DNA of 64,000 nt from Takakia lepidozioides (Eukaryota; Plantae; Bryophyta), in contig CM060734.1 of the NCBI GenBank assembly GCA_030704615.1, positions 31,372,001 to 31,436,000 of the forward strand, read 5' to 3'. The translations under genes were made by a program, and so were the position numbers. Position 1 is the first letter of the stretch. Each line of letters opens with the position of its first letter. Under the pieces are notes generated by a model, which made no database searches, was not told the origin of the DNA, and saw only the letters and a list, made by a program, of their open reading frames with translations. This document shows positions 1 through 11,790 of the stretch, one piece after another.

Positions 1-88
1 GGTGGAGGACTTAGTGAGGCTATGGCCACTATCATATCTTGTGGCTACCTGGACTTAGAGGGACCTAAGCGCCAGCTAGGGGGGCGAT

Positions 89-339
89 TGTGATGGACTA
101 GTGGCTGCACTAGTAGTGGCTAGTGGCAGCCTAGTGGTGGACTAGTGGCTGCACTAGTGGTGGCTAGTGGCAGCCTAGTGGTTGGACTAGTGGCTGCACT
201 AGTGGTGGCTAGTGGTTGTCTAGTGGCAGCCTAGTGGTGCACTAGTGGTGGACTAGCGATAGACTAGTGTTTGGTGTGCACACGTGTTTTGTGTTTTGGA
301 CAACGATGTAGTTGTGTAGCGATATGTATGCGCATGACA
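89..339 (+). repeat. Short LTR-like direct repeat, copy 1 (TGTGAT...ATGACA), containing a CTAGTGG minisatellite
   Basis: Starts TG and ends CA, with imperfect terminal inverted repeats. Preceded by the purine tract AGGGGGGCGAT. Near-identical to 674-881. Confidence 0.6.
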
Positions 340-673
340 GCTGTCAAGTTATTTTACCACTAGTATGAAGTTAGCTAGGAAATAGCTAGCTTTTATATAT
401 TGACATTTGGGATTGACCCAAGTGTCAATCTAGGGGCCAATACATGTTTGGGCATCTGACGTTGTTATCTTCACGGCAGATCGCGGTGGGCTCATTTTTC
501 TCGAGTTGAGCCTCACCGCGTCTAGCTATGGCGCCGTAGTGTGGATTCCCCATGGCATGGGGTGCACTTGGCTCGACTTAATATATGAACTCGTGATGTT
601 TTCATGTGTAAGTATGTGAGTTTGAGAGAGCTTGTATGCTTGTATCATTCTCTTTCTTTATCGAGGGGGTGAT

Positions 674-881
674 TGTGATGGACTAGTGGCTGCACTAGTG
701 GTGGCTAGTGACAGCCTAGTGGTTGGACTAGTGGCTGCATTAGTGGTGGCTAGTGGTTGTCTAGTGGCAGCCTAGTGGTGCACTAGTGGTGGATTAGCGA
801 TAGACTAGTATTTGGTGTGCACATGTGTTGTGTGGTTTTGGACAGCGATGTAGTTGTGTAGCGATATGTATGCGCACGACA
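674..881 (+). repeat. Short LTR-like direct repeat, copy 2
   Basis: TGTGATGGACTAGTGG...GCGCACGACA, preceded by the PPT-like GAGGGGGTGAT. Has fewer CTAGTGG units than copy 1. Confidence 0.6.
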
Positions 882-1724
882 TCGGAAATGATGACCATGA
901 ACCCAAATTGAGGAGTATGAAATGACATCTTGAGATAGCCCTCTCGCAAGCTCTTGCACTAAAGGCGACAACACCTCGCCCGCTGCCATCACATGCTCAA
1001 CTCCACTCCGGAGCCAATGACGAAATGGTCTCAATTATCACGGACATAGCCCAGAAGAACTTACCAGGAGTAAATACCAGAAGTTACCAAGTTACCGTGA
1101 TTTATCGTGATTTATTATAGTCTACCATGATTTACCATAAGTTACCATAAGTTCCCGAATTACCAGAAGTAACTACCAAATTACTGAGAGTAACACAGGA
1201 AACTGCTCAAAAAACTTCATGGTGGAGGAAGCTTCTCAAAAGACTTCCCTTGGTCGAGGAAATTTCTCAGGAGACTTCCTTCGGTTGATGAAGCTTCTAA
1301 GGAGACTTCCCTTAGCAGGGGGATCTTCTCAAGATACTTCACTTGGTTGAGGAAGCTTCTCAAAAGACTTCCCTTAGCTGGGGAAGCTTCCTAGGAAACT
1401 TCCTAATAGCCAGTATATATAGGAGGCGAGACTGGACACTCTTCAGTCTCACCAACACAAGTTCAAGCTATTCTTATTTCCAGTCCCAGTCCAGCTTGTG
1501 GTACTCCAGTCCAGTTTCCAGTATCTAATACTCCAGTCCAATTTCCAGCATTCCAGTATTCAAATCGAGTTTCAAAATCTTGTACTTTTGTCCTTGTTAT
1601 AAAGATCATTTTGATTCCTGATTACCCATCATGCATTCGGCCACGCCGACCTTGACTTCTTGTCTAGTCCTGTATCTCTAGTCTAATCTCTTGTTTGTGT
1701 TCAGTCGTGTTCTTGTCCCCGACA
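882..1724 (+). mobile_element. 5' LTR of a Ty3/gypsy (Tf1/chromovirus-like) retrotransposon
   Basis: Runs (TG)TCGGAA...CCCCGACA with an internal TATATATA at 1414-1421 and U3-like short tandem repeats (1060-1400). Followed directly by a PBS-like 17-mer and gag. Confidence 0.6.
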
Positions 1725-1783
1725 GTTTGGCGAGACTGAAGTTTGTCCCTTAGTTAGTCAAGATAGAAGGCACATTTGCGGAA

Positions 1784-2377
1784 ATGGTTGTCACCTTGCA
1801 GAGTCTCTAGCTCCAGATGCAAGAACTTCGTACCTCTACTGCCCAACTACAAGCCGATCAGTCTCAAGATCTTGGCAACGCTCTCAACAATCTACAACAA
1901 CAAATTTCAAAGTTGAAGGAGTCGAACAATGGATCTTCAACCATACAAGTCCCCACTGCGACAGCTCCTACTGCAACGGTTCCTCCACATCTTCAAGAGA
2001 TTACGAGAGAACCAAAGGTCAACATGCCCGAGAAATTTGATGGGACGATATCAAGATTTCGCAGTTTTGTTCAACAAGTACGATTGTTCCTACGACTACC
2101 TCCACAACGTTACCCCGATGAAGGTATTCTATCAGGCACTGCCATATCTTGGTTTGTACCACTGTTGGAGAAAAATTCACAGTTACTATACAATTTTGAA
2201 GCGTTCATGTCCGAGTTCACTGCAACGTTTGGAGAGAATAATAGAGAAAGAGTTGCAGACACAAAGATGCGAAATCTACGACAAGGAGCGCGTCCTACTT
2301 CCCTTTATGCTGGTGAATTTCGATAACTTGCGACCTCGACTGGAATGAGAAGAGCCTCATTAGTCAGTTTCGATGGG
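1784..2377 (+). mobile_element. Ty3/gypsy gag (Retrotrans_gag/PEG10-like), decayed and truncated
   Basis: ORF 1817-2326 contains EPKVNMPEKFDG...LSGTAISWF...LRQGARPTSLYAGEFR, then DLDWNEKSLISQFRW after a stop and frameshift. In-frame TAG just upstream of 1817. Confidence 0.85.
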
Positions 2378-3870
2378 CTGAAATGCAACGCAACCCTGCA
2401 GGTACCACTGTAAGGTTGGGATCTATCCTCCCATCCACATGTGGAAGGTGACATGGCGCACAATTGCGCACATGATCCTTCCATACCATGCCATCTCGAT
2501 CATCCAGAATCAACACTCCTGAAGGCAACACCTCCCGGACCCTTAGAATCACACGACCTGATGTGACATCCAAGGTTGTAGGCGCTGTCTGTTGCAGATA
2601 CACATAGTCCCCAGGATGGAAACGCCAAACACCTGGCCAATATCCCCCTCCACGTATAGTGGCGTACCTCAATGTGTCTCGGTGTTGGGCAAAAGCAAGG
2701 TTCTCAAAAAGCCATAGGCATGACTCTCTTAAACAACTTTGCCCACTGGGCACATGCTTGTGTCCACACATCTGGATCATCAAGGTTGAGGACTACTGCA
2801 GTCTCCCTGCGAATAGATGCAGACAAATCTGGCTCTCGGCCAAAGAGAAGGAAATAAGACGAGAACGAGGCAAGTGACGCTTCCTTGCTAAACCTGTAGC
2901 CCATGACCAACCAAGGTAGCTGAAGGTCCCAATCTCCCAAGTGTCCTTTCTGCAAGCCATACTTGCGCAAGCCTCGCTTGACTGTTTGCACAACCCTCTC
3001 TGCCAAGCCATCAGCCTCGGGATGATCCCGAGAAGTAGTGCGGTGATCTATCAATGCTTGCTCACACAAAGCCTGAAACTCCCCCAAGAACTTTCTCCCC
3101 TGGTCTATGAGTACCTCGGCTGGAGCACCAAATTGGCTAAGCACTCGATCTAAGAATGCATACGCAGCCCCCTCACTTGCCTTGTCAGGCCATGCCACTA
3201 GTTAATCAATCCACTTGGAAAAATGTTCCACTATCACCAGCACATACTTGTTATGACGAATCGTTAGTGGCAATGGGCCTGCGAAGTTAAGACTCTAACG
3301 ATAGCCCAAAGTCATAATGGGTAAAAGATGCAATTTGTGGAGTAGATGCATTGAAAGAAGCCCGCACTCTATCACACACCATGCACCTTGCCACTAACTG
3401 TTGCACACTGCGTGTGCATGCCCCGCCACCAATACTGTCCTTGCAACAAACTATGAGTGCGCCGCACTCCAAAATGTCTCAACTCATCATGGGCATGGGG
3501 TACCAATCGCGCTCGTTGTGTTGGATGAGGCACATCCTCACTCGTCCATCTTCCCATACTCAGAGTAGGTGAGTCCCCTCCCACTTGAACCTCTTGGCTC
3601 GTTGTAGGATCCGATCTCTCTCCTTAGCAGTCACACTGACTGTTGTCTCTCCAGTACGAAGGTAGGCCAACACTTCTGCATCTTCATGCACATCTTTAGC
3701 ACCACCAAGCTCCTCACTGATCTCTGGATCGTCATGCACACTATCTCTATGACCAATCACATGGGATGGACCAACTTGAGCTCTCATTGCTAGAATGCAC
3801 AAAAAGGCAGATGCGTGCCATCCTGGCACCATCTCCTCGTCTGTCTCACCATGCTGCATGTACCAGTATT
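2378..3870 (-). mobile_element. Ty3/gypsy pol fragment (integrase Zn-finger, core and C-terminal extension), frameshifted
   Basis: HDELRHFGVRRT...YWWRGM, CMVC, IDQGRKFLGEF, TSRDHPEADGLAERVVQTVK and DTLRYATIRGGGY...NCAPCHLP are spread over ORFs 2364-3859. Confidence 0.85.
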
Positions 3871-3883
3871 AGAACCGTTGTAA

Positions 3884-4190
3884 ATGCCTGCTTCAGCCTT
3901 TCAAATGTCTGGTCAGCCTTCTCGTACCATACAAACATACATTGTTTACAATCCGGTGAGCGATTGGGCTTGTTGTACGTGCCCGTGGGCAATGAAGGGA
4001 AACTTATGTAAGCATCAAGTTCGAGTTCTCAAGCTGCTTCACCCTGACCTGCAGGATGGCCTCATCGTGCGCGCTTGTGGCACCGCGTTGGGAACCATTT
4101 ATGGAGGATTACAGAACTTGATGTTGGGCAGTATAGCTGATGATGAGGACTCCAGAAATGCGGGAATGTTGCACCCTGCGGCCCTGGGGG
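3884..4190 (+). mobile_element. SWIM zinc-finger fragment, probably a MULE-type transposase remnant
   Basis: YIVYNPVSDWACCTCPWAMKGNLCKHQ fits the CxC-xn-CxH SWIM signature. Confidence 0.6.
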
Positions 4191-4504
4191 GTGCACTCTT
4201 CATAAAAAGACCATATCACGTGCGTGCATCAGCCAATAAACAATACCCATGTATATAGTTTAATTCATGAGTTTATCATATGTATACATATTTTTAAAAC
4301 TTTATTAAAACCCCTAAAGTATTTATATAAAACAAACAATTAATGAACAACAATACCCTGTTGTATGTATTCATGGGTTCATTGAGAATATAAAAACCCT
4401 TTATTTATGTATATTTTCAATATAGATCGGATTTAAGAAAAATCAAAATAACTTATGTAACCAATAAAAATTAGTATAAAACTTATTTTCCGTTTATAAA
4501 ATTG

Positions 4505-5120
4505 TTAAAAACAGGCTGAAATGTGTTGAGGAAGGTGCCTTCATTAGCAGTGCTTTTTTTTATCAATTGTGTTGTTGCCGCTGCTGTTTCCACTTAGGCC
4601 GGGGGGGATTTGTGTGCAACAGCTGCTGCTGCTACTCCTCCCTCCCTCCCCGTTTTCCTTGGCCTAAGTAGGGGGGAGAGAGACAGCAGTAGCAGCTGCT
4701 GCTTTCTCCATGCTCAGGCAAACAAAAGGAAAAAAAAAACAATAATAGTAATAACAGATCTTGTTGCTCCCCCATTTGATATATATGTTGACGTGGATAC
4801 TATTCAGAATGACACCTGATATAACCCTAGCTTTGACAACATCACTATGGACCTCTTTGCCTTTTTCGAGGGTTGCTTGCATGGTTGTTCATGCATTATA
4901 AACACAAACAAACATGATCTGGTCCAACTTCAACCCTTCCTACATCATTTGCTCAAAGGTCTCTATGCCAAAGTCTTCATCCCGCACCCCTACTATGCAT
5001 ATCCTGCATTCATCACGTTCCACAACACCACATCTCGTTCAGCCATATTGTCAACACACTATATGTAGTTAAACCACCTTACTGCACCAGCTCTTGAATT
5101 ACATGTCCACCAAGGTAGTT
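4505..5120 (-). pseudogene. Degenerate remnant of the PDF-PPR gene family
   Basis: 4510-4592 matches the PDF exon/intron at 17487-17572. 4787-5115 carries eroded PLS repeats (ATLEKGKEVHSDVVKARVISGVILN; TTSRSAILS on the antisense frame). Confidence 0.75.
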
Positions 5121-6128
5121 TTTAGGAGAGATACGGGTATGGCCAATTTGAAACCATTCGTAATATCCTTGGATGAATGACATGACGTAAAACCCACATT
5201 CTACTGTTCCACTGGCTGAGTCTGCTACACGGGTTTAGTCTGCTGCATTGGGTCAGTCTGTTGCACGGTCTGTTGCACCGGGTCAGTCTGTTGTCCATGC
5301 TCGGTCTGCTGCAGTGGGTCGGTCTGCTGCGCAATGTCTTCTTGTGCACTCTTGTGACCGGTCTCATGGAGTCCCTGTAATGCCATGACAACATCCCGTG
5401 CACCTCTGGCAAGGGTATCCCGTGCACGTGCTCATCCACATTAGACATTCCTGAAACAGTTAGGTTCTAGAAGGTCAGCCTCACAATTGCGCATAAGCAG
5501 ACCGATGAACACGGGAATCTTTTATTTCGTTACAAATGCAGACTGGAACCAAAACCCGATGGACTTCAGAACGGAAAAAGAAGAACAGGAAATTACCTTC
5601 CAGGAGGTTGCCAATGAGATCAATATCTTTGATTTGGCGTTCCAAGCATGCTCCACCAAGATGGGGAATCGCCGGTAGTCGGTGTTCAAAATGGGACCCA
5701 CACCAGAGGACTTTGAAGACATCTGGTTTGTTCAAGACAATGTTGAACACTGCTCGCTCCATCACCGCTGCAAACCATTGCAAGGTCTCATCGACAACAC
5801 TCTTCTTACCCACATCATCCTCTTAATCAAACAAGTACTTCCTCAAACTTTACAGCTCATTTAACAATTTACTGTATGAATGAAAATTTCCAAACTGCAT
5901 CCATCGATGCTGAAGGAAGGAAGCTGCATGCAATTAAAGAAAGAAAATGACTGTTGGCTGACTGAAGTATTGTGCTCTGTGTGGATGGGTGCAGTGACGA
6001 TGGTGTTGATGGTGTATTGCAAAGTAGGGATGGCACTATTTTGGACAGGAGTCTCTAGTTTTCTAGGTGAGCTTTCTCTCCCTTTCCCTTTCTCGATCTC
6101 TCTTTCTTTATTTCTCCCCGAAACAGCA

Positions 6129-6600
6129 TCAAGTTCTTTCTGGCTCTAAACTCTCATTTTGCAGAGTGACTTTTTTCCCAAAGAGGATGTAAACATGCTC
6201 GCTATAGCATGCAACTTTGGTAAAATTAGGGATAAGAGCTTGGAGCAATGTCAAATACAGCATACCGTTGCAGCTGGGTAGTGCTTGAGTCGTTTCAGTA
6301 GTTGTGCTGGCACTTTCTTCAATGATTTTGGGCATTTCTTCTTCACCATCGCTATCGGCAATCTCTAAGACCATGCATCCGTCTGGAGTGTAACATTCCT
6401 TGTAGACAATGTGACAGTCGGTGGACTGGGGTTTCACTTGCTATTCCGAGATTTCCCATCAAGCTTGGTTGTAGTTATCTAGTCCACAAAATGAATGAGC
6501 ACACAGACCAGCCATAGTCGGCCACATGGGTCTTGAAGGGTGACTGTTTCTTTGAACTTATTGCCATGCCATTGCACGAACTCTGCGGGAAGCTCTTGGA
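6129..6600 (-). pseudogene. Possible B3 DNA-binding-domain gene remnant
   Basis: ELPAEFVQWHGNKFKETVTLQDPCGRLWLV resembles the N-terminal half of B3/REM domains and is followed by an acidic ORF. No complete gene could be assembled. Confidence 0.4.
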
Positions 6601-8924
6601 CAAACCATAAGGTGAAAATTGGATGGCTCCTTGTCAGAATCAGATAGGCCGATTCAAAAGACATCTACATCATAGCATATGATTAGACTGAAACTGAACT
6701 AGGTGAGTTTGGAAGCCGCACCAGAGTGCAATGACTACGATGCCTCACTGAGTCATGTCTGAAGCAATTGGAGGCGGTCAGAGTTCAGGTAAAGGAAGAC
6801 AATAAATAAAAGACGTCAATAAAAGACGTCTCCAAGATGAAAACTTGTGAACGTACTTGACAGTTCATTCAATTTATTTAGTACGTCTTTCGGTAAACTG
6901 TCCAAGTAATTATTCTGCTAATTGCGGATTAGCAGCCATACCGGCAGCTTGATTAGTGAGTTGGCCGTAGATTAGTGAGGTTTGTAGTGTAAACAACAAT
7001 ATGGTTAGGAATAAGTGGGAGGATTAGTGATAAGCGAAGCGTGCGGTTTGCACTGAGCACAAGGACACGTAGCGCGCAACACGAGGGTTTGCCACGTGGT
7101 TTGCCATTTCGATGGGCAATTGCTGGTTCGACCTTTAATTTAATTTTTATTCATCTCATACTTGTTCAGCGCCTGTATGATGGTATGTAAAACGTAGTGC
7201 CAAGTTGGAGAACAAGCTGAAATCACAATTACCACGCATCTCGCTATCATTATCTGCAAGGATGGCCAATACGAAAGGGGGCTTGCATCGCACTTGTCAT
7301 CATGAGTTGAACACTCTTTTAACTATTTCATCAGGTGACGTGAGCCTTCAGCCATATTATGTTGCTCTTTCTGAATTTTCCTTGGCTCTCTATAACATTG
7401 GGACACCCTGCACAGTATCGCGTGAAATACCCTGATCTGCAAAAAGAAATCATGAAATGGTGCAGAACTAAGGTGGAATCTGGTGTGGACAACTCCCAAC
7501 ATTCCTATATCCATCTCAGAGAACGAGATTGAGGTACGTGCCAGGCCCATCCAAAATTTCAGATACCCATTGTATGTGTATAAAACAGTTTATTCCTATA
7601 TTTGTAGTGAACAAGAGCCGACACCTATTGTCCATTAGAAGTCGTCCATTGAACTAATATTGTACCATTTTAATCTGTCACTGTGATCAGACATGTTTGG
7701 GGTTTGATAGGGATTACACGCGGGCAAACTTCAATTCTAGTGCATGGTTTGGAGCGTTGGGGAACACCTCTCTGTATACACAGTTGCATTTTCACTTCTC
7801 AGTGCTATGGCAACTCAACATAGATGGCATCAAGGTATTATTGCTATTTTCAGGGATTGGGCGGGGGGGGGGGGGGGGAGGATTAACCCTGCACAAATCA
7901 GGCATAAAGCTCAAGGTAGTGGTTTCTATTCAGATCATTGAAGGTACCCGTCGTTGCATTCAGGCTTGGTGGGAATCAAACAAGTAGACTGATATTCATG
8001 CGACTTTGCATATGTGATGTGGACATACTTGAGCACATGTGGACCAAAGATGAGCTTGAACCAAGTTCATTCAATTGGTCATTCAAGTGATAAACGCAGG
8101 AACGTGTCGTAGAGACGGAAAACTGCGTTTCACCTGCATATGTTTTTTCTTAAAATTCCATTCTCAAGCCATATGCTTAATGACAACGTGTGTAATGTGC
8201 GTGCAAAATTTGGCAACAAACAAAAGTCATCTGGACCCAAAAACCATATTTTCTTCCCTCATTTTCACTCCAAGGTTGAGTTCTCTTCAACTTCGTGCAC
8301 TCTTCATAGAGAGTTCTGCAATAGTGAGCGAAGCAAAAAAAAAAATTTAAATTTTATTTTTTTCATTTTTTTGTCCAATATTTTGCATGGATGTAGTGGT
8401 GCGAGGGTTGAATTCAAAGAACAAAATAGAGCAAAAAATAAGATCATTACCAGTGTTGTACTGGTATCAGGTTTAGGACATACCAGTTGGGTATCTATAA
8501 TGGTGGAAATGTTTTTTTTATATATTGGTATGAATATGAGTATTATGTATCATGTGGTATATAGTATCAATAGGGTATCATTCCAAGTAAATAAACAAAA
8601 CAATAAAAAATATATTTTATTTTATTATATATTAAATAAATATAAATACGTATAAATACATATGCATATATAATAATTTAATATAGTATTGATACCAATA
8701 TAAATGAGGAAGATGGCTGGGTAGTACTGGTATCAGTACTGGTATTGAAAAGTCAATAACAGTCAGCAATACCAGATTTATACCCAGTATTGATACCCAG
8801 GTGAAACCCTCTATACTAGTACAACACTGATCATTACGTCCCACAAATCCGCAATCCTAGATATTTCAAATCCAAATATTTATTTAAAATTCATTAAAAT
8901 TTGATTTAATCAAAATTGATTCTA

Positions 8925-9400
8925 TTAGTGACTCCCTGGGGTCACTACCAATATTATACTGGGGTTTTGACTTTTTTTTTACCACCGACCCAGATGGGGT
9001 CGCTTAAGGTATTATCTGCCCACAGATTTTATTTGGTTCTATTAGCGATTCCCTAGGGGACGCTATCAGTTTAAACGTCGCTATCAGTTTAAACAATATA
9101 TACTAGGGTTTTAAATAAACCCGACGTTTCTTACCACAACCCGGAGGGGGTCGCTTACGGTTTCTAAGAATTTTTTGCTTCTATCAGCAACTCCTTGGGA
9201 GTTGCTCCCAGTTTAAACAATATTTAACTGGGGTTTCAGGTAAACCCGATGCTGTTTAACAGCGACTCCGAAGGGGTCGCTATCGGTTTTTTGTCCAAAT
9301 TTTTTTTGGGGCTATCAGCGATTCCCTGGGGGTTGCTTCCAGTTCCCACAATATTTTTCTGTGGTCCCAAAAACACCCGATGCTGTTTACCAGCGACAGC
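8925..9400. repeat. Cluster of short hairpin repeats AGCGAC(N8-9)GTCGCT; DNA-transposon subterminal-repeat-like
   Basis: About 7 copies, e.g. TAGTGACTCCCTGGGGGTCACTA (8926), AGCGACTCCGAAGGGGTCGCT (9261) and AGCAACTCCTTGGGAGTTGCT (9186). Confidence 0.6.
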
Positions 9401-10349
9401 CTGGCCGCGTGAGCACGTGAGCGCAGTCAGGCTCACGCCACGTCAGCAATTGTCACCACGTTGGTTCACGGGTGTCACGACACGTTAGCAGTCCTCGCCA
9501 GCGTGGTTGACGACGTTATTTCCAAAAGCACGAATTTATAACCGCGGACAAAAGGTAGATGCCTATTTCCGCGGAATGATTTATCATTTCCAGTCAATGC
9601 AGACTACATCTTTAACATCGTGTCGATCGATTGGATGAATATATGATGGATGAATGCAGGATGGATGAATATAACATGGATGAGTGCAAACAATGCGAAG
9701 GATTCATGAATGTAGGATGGATGAATGTAAGGGGAATAAGTACGAACACTGCGATGGATTGATATAGTATTTTTCCCTGAAAGCAATTTCGAACCTTGTT
9801 GGATTTCATGTCTTTCAATATCATGTGGGGCCATGTCAACCCATGAATGTGTGTTTTGTAATTAGTCATTCCGTTCGTACTTGGGACAAATGAACAGTTG
9901 CAACAAGTCAAAATACTTTTATGAGGATGAAGAAAGAGTACATAGAAACTTTGAAGATCAATCTGACTCGGACTCATCATAACATATCCCCGCATCATCC
10001 GCATCCAAGTCCAAAACATTCATAACTTCAGATCTGGGATGTCTACTCCCGCGTGCAGACATTCTGGGATCAGGTGATGGAGCCTCGGATATGCGAAGTG
10101 CCATTTCTTCTGCATATACAGGAAGCAAAAACTGGGCAGAGGGCTGTCGAATACGGAATCAGTTTGTGATCCCAAGCGAAGATCCGACCACATGTGGAGA
10201 TCCAGACACATGTCAAGATCCGACCACATGTCGAGATAATCAGGAACACCGCTCAAATGTTTCCTCTCCATGAGCACATATTTTGTGTACCTGCGAACTC
10301 GCAAACCCAATGCAATTCCCAACATGTCAATTCACAAAACATGAGAATG

Positions 10350-10997
10350 TAATGATCGGCGGCGATCATCACATTCTCTACAGAGAGTGACTGCTGATGG
10401 GAATTCTACTACCTCACAAGTACCACCCTGAAAAAGGTCTAAATGTGATGATCGTCGCCGATCATCACATTTTCTTGAAGATTTCAGTTTCAATCGGAGA
10501 AAGGTAGGACTGAAACACGAAAGCAAAACGATGCAATTCATATTTTTGGGAGAAATGAAGATTTCTCTGCATCCGCACACAACAGTTTGAGTGATGATCG
10601 GTGCCGATCATCACTTCTTTCCAACCCTAAGATCATGTTTTGATGGACAATTAACTTCGCAAGGGGGGAAAGATGCAAGACTCAAACATGAAAGCAAAAC
10701 AATGTGAACCACATTTCTGGCCGAAATAAAAAATACTCTGCAAAATCTTGAAGCACTGTAAGTGATGATCGGCACCGATCATCACTTCTTTTTTTTTTTT
10801 TTTTTTTTTTTGTGTTTTAGGAAAAATACGGGAAAAAAAAGAAAAAGAAAAAGAAAAAACAGAGCAGAAGTGATGATCGGTGCCGATCATCATTTCTACT
10901 CTATTTTTGTGTTTTTTTTTTTTTTTTTCTTCTTATTTTTCCAAAAAAAAAAATTGCTCTGGTTTGGCATTTTGGTAGAGGTCGTCGATCATCACTT
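10350..10997. repeat. Dispersed ~26-bp palindrome AGTGATGATCGG(TG/CA)CCGATCATCACT, 5 full copies plus one half copy
   Basis: Copies near 10351, 10445, 10590, 10761 and 10869; half site near 10981. Confidence 0.85.
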
Positions 10998-11259
10998 CTG
11001 TTCTGTTTTGGCATTTGGCGTGTGCTCTGTGTGGCAAGTATTGGATGTGTAAGGATCCAGCCATAGTACAGACGTGGTTCATGCCACTGTGCACGGGTAT
11101 GTCATTGACTCGACAAACCCCCCCTTTTTCTTTTTGCCTTTGCTTATGAAATTTTTTATACGCAACAACACCTGATTAATACTCATCTGATAGTATGCAG
11201 GGGTCATTGGAGTTTGATGGTCTTCAGTAGTTTTTTCTTTCCTTGTTTTTTGCAGTACT

Positions 11260-11790
11260 ACCAGCGACGCCCCAGGGTCGCTTCCAGTTTAAAACAATAT
11301 TTTACTGGGGTTTCAAGATAACCCCACGCTGTTTATCAGCGACCTGTAGGGGGGTTGGATAAGGTTTTTTGTCCTAATTTTTATTGGGGTGCTTGTAGCA
11401 TAGGGGTCGTATGTAGGAGTTTGTCTTTTGTTAACAACGACCGGAAGGGCGTCGTTGTAAGAGAACGTCCCTTCCGGGGTCGCTTACGGGTTTCCCGCTC
11501 AAAAATCAGACTATAAATTGAGATTTAAATAATTAAAATCAAAATCAGAAATTCAATAATCAAATTTGATACTAGAGGCGAGGCCCAGGATGACGCTATC
11601 CATTTATGAAAATATATTTTGTTCTTGAAATGGACTCCCGGGGTCGGTTGGGGGTCAAAGACCGTAAGCCGACTTCAGAGAGGTCGGTTTTAGAACCGAC
11701 CTCCAGGGGGGTACAGTCGGAAACCGACCCGAAATCACCATGGCGGATGGAGTGACCCCTGGGGAGTCGCTCAAAATGACTTGGTCATTT
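11260..11790. repeat. Second cluster of the same AGCGAC...GTCGCT hairpin repeats
   Basis: AGCGACGCCCCAGGGTCGCT (11263), ACGACCGGAAGGGCGTCGT (11437) and AGTGACCCCTGGGGAGTCGCT (11751). Shares the flank TCCAGTTTAAAACAATATT with the 9.2-kb cluster. Confidence 0.6.

Noticed and set aside
5122-5870. Overlapping short ORFs and GTCTG-type tandem repeats
   Set aside because: No recognisable domain, and the coding strand cannot be decided from sequence alone.
10350-10997. CRISPR-like repeat-spacer array
   Set aside because: The context is eukaryotic, spacers are long and irregular, and no cas genes are present.
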